From IMG/VR virus record IMGVR_UViG_3300024518_000883, positions 1-25,874 of that record: a DNA stretch of 25,874 nt; one strand, 5' to 3'. The stretch is from a virus. Taxonomy: Duplodnaviria > Caudoviricetes. The translations under genes and the position numbers were made by a program. Positions 25,641-25,874 of the stretch are shown one piece after another (the stretch's first letter is position 1; the number at the start of each line of letters is the position of its first letter). The notes under the pieces were generated by a model, which made no database searches, was not told the origin of the DNA, and worked only from the letters and a program-made list of their open reading frames with translations.

Positions 25641-25874
25641 TTAATCTAACTCACCACGCGCTTTCATCTGCCTGACCTCAGCCATAGTCCGCAGGCAACC
25701 CTCGCTGTGCGCGAGCCGCAGCGCGAGGCGGTCGTGCTCCGATTGAACCCTGCCGTCCACTAAATCGTGACAAGCACTACAAGACCACGCACCCATAGCA
25801 AAATTGTCAGGCTTCATACCCATACCCGTATAGCCTGAAAGTCTGTAATGGGCGAGGACAGTTGTCTCAGGATT
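25641..25874 (-). CDS. Partial DUF1364/YbcO-like phage nuclease (His-Me finger-like), 5' end outside the window
   Basis: The frame is open to the edge: NPETTVLAHYRLSGYTGMGMKPDNFAMGAWSCSACHDLVDGR..H.EG..RT, matching the YbcO pattern. Confidence 0.8.
   Translation of the reverse strand, partial: NPETTVLAHYRLSGYTGMGMKPDNFAMGAWSCSACHDLVDGRVQSEHDRLALRLAHSEGCLRTMAEVRQMKARGELD

Noticed and set aside
1-25874. CRISPR array, tRNA, integrase/att site, DGR or retron reverse transcriptase, intron/intein, stop-codon reassignment
   Set aside because: No regular repeats, cloverleaf, RT or intein motifs were seen by eye. TAA, TAG and TGA all end genes at coupled junctions.

Overview
Late (morphogenesis) region of a tailed dsDNA phage or prophage with a P22-like podovirus layout. 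All convincing genes are on the minus strand, use the standard code, and are tightly coupled by overlapping or abutting stop/start codons. In transcription order (right to left): partial DUF1364/YbcO-like nuclease; AT-rich gap; sulfotransferase-like gene 1; four hypothetical or virion-like genes; sulfotransferase-like gene 2; small beta-rich protein; terS; terL; portal; scaffold; P22-type coat; UUCG terminator; GT-A glycosyltransferase; SAM methyltransferase; radical SAM (Twitch/SPASM); gp4-like adaptor; 1175-aa polyvalent protein (ADP-ribosyltransferase plus HhH glycosylase-like domain); gp10-like hub; gp26-position protein; cupin; three ejection proteins; tail fibre genes. The strongest candidate for an undescribed system is the set of glycan-type tailoring enzymes (glycosyltransferase, methyltransferase, radical SAM, two sulfotransferases) embedded among the virion genes, which suggests a chemically decorated virion. 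A second candidate is the probably injected ART/glycosylase effector. All family assignments come from motif recognition and gene order; no database search was run.
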